From NCBI GenBank assembly GCA_035510635.1, contig DATKGU010000010.1, forward strand, positions 2,149 through 66,148: a DNA stretch of 64,000 nucleotides, given 5' to 3'. The position numbers and the translations under genes were made by a program. Below are positions 9,966 to 19,983 of the stretch, in pieces. Under the pieces are notes generated by a model that saw only the letters and a list, made by a program, of their open reading frames with translations, searched no databases and was not told the origin of the DNA. Each line of letters begins with the position of its first letter. Positions within the stretch are counted from its first letter, which is position 1. This DNA comes from Minisyncoccota bacterium. GTDB taxonomy: Bacteria; Patescibacteriota; Minisyncoccia; Phycocordibacterales; SBAW01.

Positions 9966-11436
9966 CAGACTTAAGGGCAGCAATAGCAAGTGCCGTTAGC
10001 GGCACGTACATCAGCAACGCGAGCCAAAGCGGGAACGCGGCAAATGTGGCAAACCCAAACGGCAGCGCTTGCACCGTGTGCGCCACGAGTGTTACCCATT
10101 GCAAAAGCAGTGTTACCAAAAGCGCAGGCACAAACGCGAGCGCCGTGTTGATAAAACTCAAAACGCCGGTTAATAATCCGGCAATCATTACCAGCGGCAA
10201 AAGCGGCAACACCAATAAGTTGGCCGGTACGGAGAGAAGCGAGAGGTTGCCGGTAAAGTACAAAAGCGCGGGCAGTGCAAAAATTTGCACGGCAATGGTC
10301 GAGGTGATAATTGCGCGCATTTCAAAACGCTCCGGTATCCATCGCAACATTTTTTCGATGCTCGGCGCAAACACAATGAGCCCAAAGGTTGCGAGCACAC
10401 TCGTAAAAAATGATGCGTCACCTAAAATGAGCGGCGGGTTCCACAACACCATTGCTCCCGCCACAGCCGCTAAGCTCCGGAGTGCAAGTGCGGTGCGATG
10501 CATGTAGCGCGCCGTGAGCGCCACGAGCGCCATCATGCACGCGCGCACGGTGGTGGGAGCAGCTCCGGTCATCAGCACAAACAGCATCATGCAAAGCGCG
10601 GCACATACCATTTGGGAGCGGCGCGGCAAAAATTTGAGCGAGCGCAAGATCCCTTCCGACACTACCGACATGCTGTAGCCGGAGAGTATCACAATGTGTA
10701 TGAGCCCCGCCGCAACAAACGCGTCGGTCAAATCTTGCGGCAATCCGCGGCGCTCGCCAAGCATAATGCCTCCGAGAAGCAGCGCGTTTGGCGCGTTCAG
10801 TGTCCGTGCAACCGACGCATTAAACGCATGTTTAATTGAAAACAACACGCTGTAGAGCGAGAGTTTTGCAGGTGCAACTTGCTCAAGCTCGGCATCGCTG
10901 AGCAACATCGAGACGCCTTGCACCCGCAAATAATTTGGATAATCAAACGTGCTGCCGTTGTCGCCGACAAAACTTGCAGGAGCCGCAAGCGTACCACCAA
11001 GCGTTACCTCTTGCCCGTAAGCCGCACTTACATACGGAGGCAAAAATGCGAGCAGTGTGCCGCGCGCAGGGGCACCGTTGACCGACAACACGACCACATC
11101 AGCCTGCACATGCGCACCGCTTTGCACCGGGTCGTTTGCAATTGTTCCAACGACGGTTGCCTTACCTACAAATGTAGAGACAGTTTCTTGCGACTCTTTA
11201 TATAAAAACAAATCGCCGCGCACGGCACCGAGCACGAGGGCAATAAGCGCAATAGCAAAAAGTAAAAGCACGCGTTTGCGCATACAAGCTCCTGCAACAA
11301 TAAGAGCAAGCGCGGCAGCTATGCACATCAAAAGTGCGAGTGTGGGTATAGCAAAAACAAGCGCACAGCCAACGCCGCCCACCAAGCCGGCGGCCAACAC
11401 GTACAAAAAAGCGGCACTTGAATGTTCATCTTCCAC
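9955..11436 (-). CDS. comEC: ComEC/Rec2 DNA uptake channel
   Basis: DUF4131-like OB region (FDYPNYL), GLIHIVILSG, RACMM, multiple TM helices. Confidence 0.92.
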   Translation of the reverse strand: MEDEHSSAAFLYVLAAGLVGGVGCALVFAIPTLALLMCIAAALALIVAGACMRKRVLLLFAIALIALVLGAVRGDLFLYKESQETVSTFVGKATVVGTIANDPVQSGAHVQADVVVLSVNGAPARGTLLAFLPPYVSAAYGQEVTLGGTLAAPASFVGDNGSTFDYPNYLRVQGVSMLLSDAELEQVAPAKLSLYSVLFSIKHAFNASVARTLNAPNALLLGGIMLGERRGLPQDLTDAFVAAGLIHIVILSGYSMSVVSEGILRSLKFLPRRSQMVCAALCMMLFVLMTGAAPTTVRACMMALVALTARYMHRTALALRSLAAVAGAMVLWNPPLILGDASFFTSVLATFGLIVFAPSIEKMLRWIPERFEMRAIITSTIAVQIFALPALLYFTGNLSLLSVPANLLVLPLLPLVMIAGLLTGVLSFINTALAFVPALLVTLLLQWVTLVAHTVQALPFGFATFAAFPLWLALLMYVPLTALAIAALKSATK

Positions 11437-11467
11437 GCGGAAGTTGTACCAAAATTAAAGCACTTGT

Positions 11468-12193
11468 CTATTGATGCGCAGAAAACTCTTTGATGATGCC
11501 CGCTTCATCCTCCGGCGAGAGGGCTTTTTTGTAGCGGGCCGTTTTGCCTTTGACGCGTGCCTCGCACTCAGCCCATGTTTTATGTACTGCAATTTTTCCA
11601 TCCACTTTGCTTACGTAAGAATAGGCTTTTGCTTTTGAGCGCGCCTTTGACACAGATTTTTCTTTATGCAAACTCTCATCGCGCCCGAGGTTTGTTATGT
11701 CGATTTTGTATGCGCTGCGCGGGCCATTATATAACTCAACTTTTTTATGTTCTGCAAAGTCGGATGCAACAGTGTCGACGCGCTCGTTGCCCGCGACACC
11801 CACATGTCCGCCCACATAGCGCCACGTTATAGTGCCCACAATGTTTTGCACTGCGGCATCAAGCTGCATCCACAACTCTTTGTTTAATACTTGTTTTCTA
11901 TCTTTTGTTTTCCATCCGTTTTTTTTCCATCCCCCGACCCACTTGGTGATGCCGTTGACGACATAGGACGAGTCGGTGTGCACCGCCACGCGTGTGCCGG
12001 AGAGTTTGCTTGCATGTGCAACAGCCTCGGCCGCCGCGGTGAGCTCCATCTTGTTGTTGGTGGTGTGCGCCGAGTGGCCGCCAAGCTCAACCACAAGCGA
12101 GTGCGTTGCCACCAAAGCCCCCCACCCGCCCGGCCCCGGATTGCCCTTGGAAGCTCCATCGCAAAAAATAGTTATCTCGTGGTCTTCAGCCAT
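11468..12193 (-). CDS. rnhA: Ribonuclease HI with C-terminal hybrid-binding (caulimovirus viroplasmin-like) domain
   Basis: DGASKGNPGPGGWG, TNNKMEL, DSSY, GNERVD; C-terminal TWAECEARVKG. Confidence 0.93.
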   Translation of the reverse strand: MAEDHEITIFCDGASKGNPGPGGWGALVATHSLVVELGGHSAHTTNNKMELTAAAEAVAHASKLSGTRVAVHTDSSYVVNGITKWVGGWKKNGWKTKDRKQVLNKELWMQLDAAVQNIVGTITWRYVGGHVGVAGNERVDTVASDFAEHKKVELYNGPRSAYKIDITNLGRDESLHKEKSVSKARSKAKAYSYVSKVDGKIAVHKTWAECEARVKGKTARYKKALSPEDEAGIIKEFSAHQ

Positions 12194-12201
12194 ACGTATA
12201 G

Positions 12202-13890
12202 TTATACAATATCAACGATGCGGATGCGCGGGTTTCCGCGCCAGTCGCGCTCGATGTGACCGACCACATCAACATGGTCGCCCACCACACATTGTTTTTG
12301 AAACGAGAGGGGCGTTGCAAAAAAAGCTATCGAGCCGGCGCGCGCGCCGTTTTGCTCAAGCGAAAGTTCGAGATGGTCGTTTGCTTTGCCAAACGTGCGT
12401 ATATTTTGTATCGCAACATGGCTAAACAAAAACAGCGGCCGCTCATTGCCAACACCAAATGGCGCGAGCCGCTCCAAACGCTTCAGCGCAAATGAAAGTT
12501 CGGCAAGCTCCGACTGCCTATCTACGATTATTTCTTTCGTCGTATCCTCCGTGTGCTCGGCACGCGCGTACGCATCATTAAGTTTTGCGGCAAGCTCGTG
12601 TACACGCTCCTCGGAGAGCGAAAATCCGCCCGATGCAAAGTGTCCGCCAAAGTGATCAAACAAATCGCCGGCCCCCCGAAGGGAAGTATTAGCAAGAGAC
12701 ATGAGCGAGACCACATTAATAACACCGTCGGAGCGACATGAGCCGCGGATTACTTCGCCGCCTTCCCTGCCCCACAAAAACACCGACTTGCCGTGCGTGC
12801 CGACAAGCGAGCTTGCCACCAAACCCAAAACGCCCGGACGCCACTTTGGGTTGCCCATCACAATAAGCGGACTCTCGCTTAAGTCGGAACCGAGCAAACG
12901 TTTGTTAACCTCTTTAACAATCACCGCAACCGCGCCTTTGCGCTCGTCGTTTATTTTGTTGAGCGTATATGCTACCTCCCTCGCCTCCTCGGCATTAGTT
13001 GTCGCAAGCAAACGTGCGGCAACACTCGGGCTGTCCATGCGCGATGCGGCGTTAATACGCGGACCAATCATAAAACCAATATCATCCTCGGTGAGCGTCT
13101 CAAGTTTGATACGGAGCAGTTTAAGCAAGGCTGCAAGACCCGGCCGCCGGCCTTTGCGCATAACGCGCAAACCAAAGTGCGCGAGCATTCTGTTTTCTCC
13201 CACCAGAGGAACCATGTCGCACAGTGTTGCGATGCCCACCAAATCCAAATACCATTTTTCCTGCCCTTCAGTAAAGCCCTCTGGGCGATTTTGTACCAGA
13301 AGTGCTTGCACGAGTTTCCATGCAACGCCCGCGCCGCACAAACCATCAAAAGGATAGTGCGAGTCGGGGCGTTTTGGATTGATTAATGCAAAAGCAGGAT
13401 GCGGCGCTTCATCCTGCACAATATGATGATCAGTCACAATCACCTCAATGCCTTTTGTTTTTGCATACACAATGTTTTCGTGCTCGGTTGTGCCGAGGTC
13501 GATAGTAATAATAAGAGTGACACCCTGCTCCGCGAGTGCGTCTATGCCTTCTTTATTTAATCCGTACCCTTCTGTATGCCGATGCGGTATGTAATGTGTC
13601 ACGGCAAGTTTGAGCTCGCGTAAAAAATCGGCAAGCATGACGCCGCCCGGTATGCCGTCGCAATCGTAGTCGCTCCACACCGCCACACGCTCGGCGTTTT
13701 TTTGTGCGGCAAGTATCCGCTCTACCGCCACTTCCATGTCGGCCAACAAAAAAGGGTCGTGCGAGCCGCTTTCATACTCGGGCGAGAGAAACAGCTCTGC
13801 CGCTTCCGCACCCACAACACCGCGTGCGAGCAGTAGGTCTTGCAAGAGGTCATCGTGTGCTCGCTCGCGCAGGCGGTACGTTTTTGTCAT
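12202..13890 (-). CDS. recJ: ssDNA exonuclease RecJ
   Basis: DYDCDG, TDHH, PRINAASR, GGH, APFGVGN. Confidence 0.96.
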   Translation of the reverse strand: MTKTYRLRERAHDDLLQDLLLARGVVGAEAAELFLSPEYESGSHDPFLLADMEVAVERILAAQKNAERVAVWSDYDCDGIPGGVMLADFLRELKLAVTHYIPHRHTEGYGLNKEGIDALAEQGVTLIITIDLGTTEHENIVYAKTKGIEVIVTDHHIVQDEAPHPAFALINPKRPDSHYPFDGLCGAGVAWKLVQALLVQNRPEGFTEGQEKWYLDLVGIATLCDMVPLVGENRMLAHFGLRVMRKGRRPGLAALLKLLRIKLETLTEDDIGFMIGPRINAASRMDSPSVAARLLATTNAEEAREVAYTLNKINDERKGAVAVIVKEVNKRLLGSDLSESPLIVMGNPKWRPGVLGLVASSLVGTHGKSVFLWGREGGEVIRGSCRSDGVINVVSLMSLANTSLRGAGDLFDHFGGHFASGGFSLSEERVHELAAKLNDAYARAEHTEDTTKEIIVDRQSELAELSFALKRLERLAPFGVGNERPLFLFSHVAIQNIRTFGKANDHLELSLEQNGARAGSIAFFATPLSFQKQCVVGDHVDVVGHIERDWRGNPRIRIVDIV

Positions 13891-13913
13891 AAAAATCAGT
13901 ATACTAGAGTCAT

Positions 13914-14225
13914 ATGGAAAACTGCATTTTTTGTAAAATAGCCTCCGGCGAAGTGCCTACACGCAAGATACACCATGAGGGCGATACTATTGTTTCGTTT
14001 TTTGATATAAACCCCCAAGCGCCCGGCCACACGTTAGTGGTACCTGTTGCACATTACCACTGGTTTTTAGATATGCCGGAGAATGAGTCAGATCAACTTT
14101 TTCGGACGTGTAAAAAAATAGCCCGCGAACTTAAAAAAGAATACGGGACAGATTGTATAAAACTTAGGATCGACGGCAAAGATGTGCCGCACGTGCATGT
14201 GCATCTCATTCCACAAAAATTGTAA
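13914..14225 (+). CDS. HIT family nucleotide hydrolase
   Basis: CIFCKI...HVHVHLIP. Confidence 0.93.
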   Translation: MENCIFCKIASGEVPTRKIHHEGDTIVSFFDINPQAPGHTLVVPVAHYHWFLDMPENESDQLFRTCKKIARELKKEYGTDCIKLRIDGKDVPHVHVHLIPQKL

Positions 14226-14237
14226 TCATCACAAAAT

Positions 14238-15215
14238 TTACCGGAGATCTTTAAGCACCTCAAGCCCCGGTAGCGTGCCGTCTGCCAAAAACTCGAGCGT
14301 GGCGCCGCCACCGGTTGATATAAAAACTTTTTCAGGATCGAAATGTACTTTCGCGAGCGCTTCATCGGTATCTCCCCCGCCAATGACTGCACGCACCCCG
14401 GCGTTTACGAGCGCCGCTGCTAAAGCATTGGTGCCGCCGCTATATTCACTTTTTTCATACATGCCCACCGGACCGTTCCATAATACAAACGCGGCTTTTT
14501 GAATCTCTGCCGCCCACGCTGCGCGCGTCTTTGGTCCGACATCAAACATGGGCCCTTCTGGGGGGACGCCGTCCTCTGGCAACAACACATTTGTTGCGCC
14601 GCCTTTGTACTCGTTGGCCAACGCGCCGCCCACCAACAGCTTGTCGTATATATTTGCCAACACTTCAATAAGCGGGAGTTTTGTTTCAAGTTTTGCGCCG
14701 CCGATGATTGCCAGCGACGGCTTTTGCGGCGCGAGTGCTTGGGAGAGCTGCTCTATCTCGCGCTCGACAAGCAGGCCGGCATATGCGGGAAGTAATTTTG
14801 CAACACCCACTATCGAGGCATGCGCTCGGTGTGAGGCCGCAAAGGCATCGTTCACAAAAATATCCGCTTTGGATGCGAGCTCTGCCGCAAACGCAGGGTC
14901 GTTGCTCTCTTCTCCCGGGTTAAAACGCAAGTTTTCGAGCATTTCGATATTGGTGGTGGTAACGAGCGTTTGCAAGTGAGCCAAAAGCGGCGCCGTGCGC
15001 AGCTCCTCAACCACTTTACCGTCGGGGCGGCCTAGGTGCGTGGCTAAAATAATTTTTGCAACGCCTTTGTCGCGCAAGAGCGTGATAGTGGGCAGCGTCG
15101 CGCGCATGCGCGAGTCGTCCACGATGATGCCGTTTTCGATCGGCACATTGTAGTCGACGCGCAAAAACACGCGTTTACCCGCCACATCCGCATCTTGTAC
15201 GCCTTTTACTTGCAT
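14238..15215 (-). CDS. pgk: Phosphoglycerate kinase (shortened)
   Basis: RVDYNVP, HLGRP, LENLRF, GGAK, STGGGA. Confidence 0.95.
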   Translation of the reverse strand: MQVKGVQDADVAGKRVFLRVDYNVPIENGIIVDDSRMRATLPTITLLRDKGVAKIILATHLGRPDGKVVEELRTAPLLAHLQTLVTTTNIEMLENLRFNPGEESNDPAFAAELASKADIFVNDAFAASHRAHASIVGVAKLLPAYAGLLVEREIEQLSQALAPQKPSLAIIGGAKLETKLPLIEVLANIYDKLLVGGALANEYKGGATNVLLPEDGVPPEGPMFDVGPKTRAAWAAEIQKAAFVLWNGPVGMYEKSEYSGGTNALAAALVNAGVRAVIGGGDTDEALAKVHFDPEKVFISTGGGATLEFLADGTLPGLEVLKDLR

Positions 15216-15991
15216 GACTTTAAAATCTCAACAAACGAATCAACCTCGGTGCTTGCGTGGCCAACTAAAAATCCGTTAACGTCGCTCTCTTCAATAAGCG
15301 AGCCCGCGTTGCTACGCTCTACCGAGCCGCCGTAGAGTATCGGAACTTTTAAAGCGGCGGTGCGCTCAAAATGTTCGGCCAATGTTTTTTTAATAAAAAT
15401 GCTCATCTCGCGCAGGTCGGATGGCTGCATCGCCTCGGCCGCACTTTTGCCTATCGCCCACACCGGCTCGTAGGCAATCACCAGTTTTGGCGTCGCGGAT
15501 GTTTTAGCTCCCACTTTGTTTGGAGGGAAACTTTTGAGCGCCTCGCGCAACTGCCCCGCCACCACTCCTAAGTAGGCACCGGCGGCGTCGCGCTCATGCT
15601 CGCCGATGCACAAAATTGGAGTAAGGCCTGCAACCGCCGCATGACCAAGTTGTGCGCGCACCATCTCGTCGGTCTCGCCCTGCGCGCGACGCTCGGAGTG
15701 GCCCACAATGCTGTAACTCGCGCCAAAACTTTTAACCATTTGCGCACCAACCTCGCCGGTGTGCGCGCCGGTTTCAAATACCGAGACACTCTGCGCGCTT
15801 GTTTTTATCGGAGAGTCTTTAAGTGCAAGCGAGACAAGCGGCAAAAGTGTAAAAGAGGGGGCAATCACGGCGTCGACGCCGGCAAAAACCCGCGCCTTGC
15901 GCCGCAAAGTGGTGGCAAACTTTTTTGCCTCCTCGGGAGTGCTGATATACATCTTCCAGTTGGCAACTACGAGACGGCGTTTGGCTGACAT
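15206..15991 (-). CDS. tpiA: Triosephosphate isomerase
   Basis: ANWKM, GHSERR, AYEPVWAIG, YGGSV. Confidence 0.97.
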   Translation of the reverse strand: MSAKRRLVVANWKMYISTPEEAKKFATTLRRKARVFAGVDAVIAPSFTLLPLVSLALKDSPIKTSAQSVSVFETGAHTGEVGAQMVKSFGASYSIVGHSERRAQGETDEMVRAQLGHAAVAGLTPILCIGEHERDAAGAYLGVVAGQLREALKSFPPNKVGAKTSATPKLVIAYEPVWAIGKSAAEAMQPSDLREMSIFIKKTLAEHFERTAALKVPILYGGSVERSNAGSLIEESDVNGFLVGHASTEVDSFVEILKSCK

Positions 15992-16072
15992 GACAAAACT
16001 ATACCACGCGCCGCGTTTGGGTAATAAAAAAGCCGCCCCTTCGTCGCGAGACGAAAGGGCGGTTGCAGAGAC

Positions 16073-16297
16073 TCAGGGACGCTTTGCCATTCGCTTGTCC
16101 ACTTGGGCCCAAAGCTCGGTAGTGCCGACTTCGGCCCAAGAGGCATTTTCTGGCAGGCCGTATTGCAGGGCCTGCTTTTTGCGACTGGCTTCATCGGCCG
16201 CGTGGTCTATTTCAGCCCACGTTGCATTGTTGGGTAACCCCAATTGAGCGGCCTGTTTTTGACGGAGCTTGTTGAGATTTTCGATACCAGTAGACAT
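16073..16297 (-). CDS. Small orphan protein with internal repeat
   Basis: GLPNNATWAEI / GLPENASWAEV repeat; own TTGACA-17-TACCAT promoter and terminator. Confidence 0.65.
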   Translation of the reverse strand: MSTGIENLNKLRQKQAAQLGLPNNATWAEIDHAADEASRKKQALQYGLPENASWAEVGTTELWAQVDKRMAKRP

Positions 16298-16446
16298 GGC
16301 TCGTCTGTCCTTTTTCAAACCCAGCGTGCGAAATACACGCCCACGAGAACCCTCTAGGTGTAGATGGTATCACTTTAAATAAGTTTTGTCAATAGTTATC
16401 AAAGGTAGCACAAAACGCCTTGCAAAATAAGGCTTTTTGGGCACTT

Positions 16447-17988
16447 TCATTCGCTGGCGAGATTGACGGCCTCTTCTAAAGATATTAAGCCTTGGGCGGC
16501 TTTAAATAACGCTTCTTCGGCAAAGGTATGCATGCCTTCTTGCCTTGCAACCGCCTCAATGTCTTCCTCCCCCGCTTTTTGCAAGATTAATTCTTTAAGC
16601 ACAGGAGTTATCGCGAGCACCTCTTGTACGCCAACATATCCTTTGCCGGTCTCCGATTTGTAAAAAACAACATCTTTCCATGCGGTATGCTCGTGCACTT
16701 GGCTCTCTTCTTTAAGCGCCGCGAGTACGCGGCCAAAGTCGGCCTTTTGTTCGAGCCGCGCGCCATCCTCGCGCGAAAGTTTTTCTCCCGGCCCTTTGTC
16801 GTCGCCAAGTTTGTGAGCAATCTGCACGCCGATTACGCCGAGCATGTTGGCGGAAATAAGCCGCGGCGGTATATCAAATGACAATAATTTTTCTATTCCC
16901 TGCGAAGCGTTTTTTGCATCGATTGCGGCAAACACCAAGATGCCGCGGTTGGCTGCTTCAAATGCCAGTTGTGCAACCTCGAGCAAATCAACACTACTAA
17001 TCATCAAAACATCCGGGTCGGTGCGGAGCGCCGCGCGTACACCGGCAATCATATGCAACCCCGCATCAGGGCGCGTGCGTGTTTGCGTTGCATACGGCAA
17101 GTGGTGCTCTATCTCCTCCTCTACCGTTACTATTGATGCACGACTTCCTTCGAGTTGGTCGAGCAGTGTGTAAAGTGCGGTTGTTTTGCCGCTCCCGCTT
17201 TTGCCTGCAACAAGCACGAGCCCCGAGCGCGCGTGGAGCATAGCGTGCACGCGCTCAAGCGCCGCGCCATGGAGGCCGAGCGCCGAGAGTGTAAAGCCGC
17301 GATGTCCTGCACGCTCTGCCGAGAGCCGCAGCGTGAGCTTTTCGCCATCCACGCCCGGCACATTGGCAACGCTCACCAACACCGCACTGCCCTCTTCCGC
17401 AGATTTTTCAATTTTATATTTGCCTTCCTGCGCCACTGCGATAGGAAAAAGTTTTGCCGCCGACTTGATACCTTGTACCAGTGCAGCGCCGGCCTCGGCG
17501 CCAAGATGCATTGCCTCATGGAGTGCGCCTTGTATGCGATAGCGCACGCGTGTGCCTCGTGGCGACACCTCAATATGCACATGCGATGCATGGCTTAGAG
17601 CCGCGTGCAGTACAAGTGCATCGGCACTCCCCGCTTGGAGCTCGCTGCCAAACTTTTCTTTTAGATGTTTTTGATACATCTGCAATGCGCGCGTGATAGA
17701 GGCTTGGTCGGTCATGCGTGCGTGCACTTTTAAGTGCGGCTGTAAAAAGGCAATATGTTCAAGTGCCGCAATGTCGAGCATGGCCACCTCCACAGCTCCA
17801 TCGTGCGCGCGATATGCCACCACGTTGTGCGTGCGCGAGACAGGCTCGGGAATGAGCATGAGCGCCTCAGGCACGATGTCGTCGCGCTCCAGCAATATAA
17901 AAGGAATGCCCGCCGCCTTAGCGCGAGCGCGACGCATCTCGTCATCGCTCAAAAACTCCGCCCCTAACCACCCTGCAGCCTTTTGCAT
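16447..17988 (-). CDS. GspE/PilB-family ATPase, degenerate
   Basis: N-terminal GSPII-like domain, VRYRIQG, Walker A GKSGSGKTT, LRTDPD. Confidence 0.85.
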   Translation of the reverse strand: MQKAAGWLGAEFLSDDEMRRARAKAAGIPFILLERDDIVPEALMLIPEPVSRTHNVVAYRAHDGAVEVAMLDIAALEHIAFLQPHLKVHARMTDQASITRALQMYQKHLKEKFGSELQAGSADALVLHAALSHASHVHIEVSPRGTRVRYRIQGALHEAMHLGAEAGAALVQGIKSAAKLFPIAVAQEGKYKIEKSAEEGSAVLVSVANVPGVDGEKLTLRLSAERAGHRGFTLSALGLHGAALERVHAMLHARSGLVLVAGKSGSGKTTALYTLLDQLEGSRASIVTVEEEIEHHLPYATQTRTRPDAGLHMIAGVRAALRTDPDVLMISSVDLLEVAQLAFEAANRGILVFAAIDAKNASQGIEKLLSFDIPPRLISANMLGVIGVQIAHKLGDDKGPGEKLSREDGARLEQKADFGRVLAALKEESQVHEHTAWKDVVFYKSETGKGYVGVQEVLAITPVLKELILQKAGEEDIEAVARQEGMHTFAEEALFKAAQGLISLEEAVNLASE

Positions 17989-18090
17989 TCTTCTATTATA
18001 TATGACAAAACCATATTTCCTTGACTTTTGGGGTTTATAAGAGTACATTTTGAGCATCTGGTAACTGCCCCGCGTGGGTGGTTTTTTTAT

Positions 18091-18125
18091 TAGATACTAG
18101 CCACTAGGGTCTAGCCACTAGTAAA
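18091..18125. repeat. Heptamer TAGNNNN tandem (5 units)
   Basis: tagatac tagccac tagggtc tagccac tagtaaa upstream of nusA. Confidence 0.65.
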
Positions 18126-18183
18126 AACAGAGATTACATCCGATTACTAAACCCTAGTGGCGAAGAACTAATCCCTCATTTTT

Positions 18184-19362
18184 ATGTTTGACCTAAAAGT
18201 AATGAACAGCGTGCTCGGCGAGCTCGAGGAGGAGCGCGGCATACCGCGCGAGAAAGTAATCGAGGCCATCGAGGCCGCGCTTGCTACCGCTTACAAAAAA
18301 GAGTATGCAAAACGCGGACAAATTATCCGCGCGCATGTCGACCTCAATGCCGGCACCACCGAGTTTCAACAAATCAAAGAGGTTGTCGACGAAAGCTCCG
18401 TGCGTTTTGTCGATGAAGAGGAGGAGCCGGAGGAAGAGCGCCCGCGCAAACACTTCGCGGAAGAAATTAGCTCCGAAGAGGGTGAGCTTCCCCGTTTTAA
18501 CCCGGAGCAGCACATCGTGCTTGCCGACGCCAAGTTTATAAAGCGCGACGCCAAAGTGGGCGACGAGCTCGTCTTCCCTCTCGAGGTTAAAGAGGACTAC
18601 GGCCGCATCGCCGCACAAACCGCCAAGCAAGTCATCATCCAAAAAATCCGCGAGGCCGAGAAGGTCTCGGTAGTTGCCGAGTTTGGCAAGCGCCAGGGTG
18701 AGATTGTGAGCGGCACCGTGCAGCGCATGGAGCGCGGCAATATGTACATCGACCTCGGCCGCGCCACCGGCATCTTGCCGTACGACGAGCAAATCCCCGG
18801 CGAGCGCTATCGCCAAGGCGAGCGCATCCGCGGGCTTCTCTACCAAGTTGAGGAGTCGCCGCGCGGCATCTACTTGCGCCTCTCTAGAGCCAATCCTCAA
18901 TTTTTGGCAAAACTTTTTGAAATGGAAGTGCCAGAGGTCGCGCACGGCACCGTTACCTTTAAGGCAATCGCGCGCGAAGCAGGCAGCCGCTCTAAAGTGG
19001 CCGTCGCATCGAGCGACGCGCATGTTGACCCGGTCGGTTCTCTCGTCGGCCAGCGCGGCGTGCGTGTCTCCACCGTCACAAGCGAGCTCGGCGGCGAAAA
19101 AATCGACATCATCGAGTGGAACGACGACCCTAAGTCGTTTATCGAAGAGGCACTCTCCCCTGCACGCATCGCCTCAATCGAGCTCGACGAGGCCGAGCAC
19201 AAAGCAAATATTAAAGTAGCCGAAGACCAGCAAAGCCTCGCCATCGGACGCGGCGGTCAAAACGTGCGCCTCGCCGCAAAGCTCACTGGCTGGCGCATTG
19301 ACATCCAAGCAATGGGCGGCACCAAGGTCGCCGAGACGCAAGCTTCAGAAGTTGTCGAGTAA
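18184..19362 (+). CDS. nusA: Transcription factor NusA
   Basis: GRIAAQTAKQ, AREAGSRSKVAV, AIGRGGQNVRLAAKLTGW. Confidence 0.98.
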   Translation: MFDLKVMNSVLGELEEERGIPREKVIEAIEAALATAYKKEYAKRGQIIRAHVDLNAGTTEFQQIKEVVDESSVRFVDEEEEPEEERPRKHFAEEISSEEGELPRFNPEQHIVLADAKFIKRDAKVGDELVFPLEVKEDYGRIAAQTAKQVIIQKIREAEKVSVVAEFGKRQGEIVSGTVQRMERGNMYIDLGRATGILPYDEQIPGERYRQGERIRGLLYQVEESPRGIYLRLSRANPQFLAKLFEMEVPEVAHGTVTFKAIAREAGSRSKVAVASSDAHVDPVGSLVGQRGVRVSTVTSELGGEKIDIIEWNDDPKSFIEEALSPARIASIELDEAEHKANIKVAEDQQSLAIGRGGQNVRLAAKLTGWRIDIQAMGGTKVAETQASEVVE

Positions 19363-19395
19363 AAATTAAAAAATAATTGTGCTAGTCTAATTGAT

Positions 19396-19983
19396 ATGGC
19401 AAACATTAATCAAAAACCAAGCAAGTACATGCTCAATCTCCTGCACGTGCTCCCGCCGTTTGAGAAAGAAGCAGAGGGCGTGGTTAACACCATTGTGGAG
19501 GTTTCGGCAGGCTCGATTAACAAATATGAGCTCATCACTGAAAGCGGCCAGCTTAAGCTCGACCGCGTGGGTTACTCATCGCTTGCCTATCCGTTTACCT
19601 ACGGCGCCATCCCGCAAACGTGGGACTTGGACAACGACCCGCTCGACATCATGATCGTCGACATCACCGAGCCGCTTGTGCCGGGCTCGGTTGCCGAGGT
19701 GCGCCTAATCGGCGCGATGAAGTTTGTCGACACCGGCGAGGTAGACGACAAAATAATCGGCGTACTCGCAGGCGACAAGCGTGTCGACCACATTAAGTCG
19801 GTTCAAGACCTTGGCGAGTATTTTATAAAAGAAACCAAGTACTATTGGGAAAACTACAAAGCGCTTAAAAAACCGGGAACCGGTGTTGTCGGCGAGTTTG
19901 TAAGTGCCGCAGAAGCCATAAAGATAGTTAAAGAAAGCGCAGAGCGTTACGAAAAAGACTACAAACCAAAATTGGCCGAGTAA
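19396..19983 (+). CDS. ppa: Inorganic pyrophosphatase (family I)
   Basis: NKYE, YGAIPQT, DNDPLD, DDKII. Confidence 0.95.
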   Translation: MANINQKPSKYMLNLLHVLPPFEKEAEGVVNTIVEVSAGSINKYELITESGQLKLDRVGYSSLAYPFTYGAIPQTWDLDNDPLDIMIVDITEPLVPGSVAEVRLIGAMKFVDTGEVDDKIIGVLAGDKRVDHIKSVQDLGEYFIKETKYYWENYKALKKPGTGVVGEFVSAAEAIKIVKESAERYEKDYKPKLAE

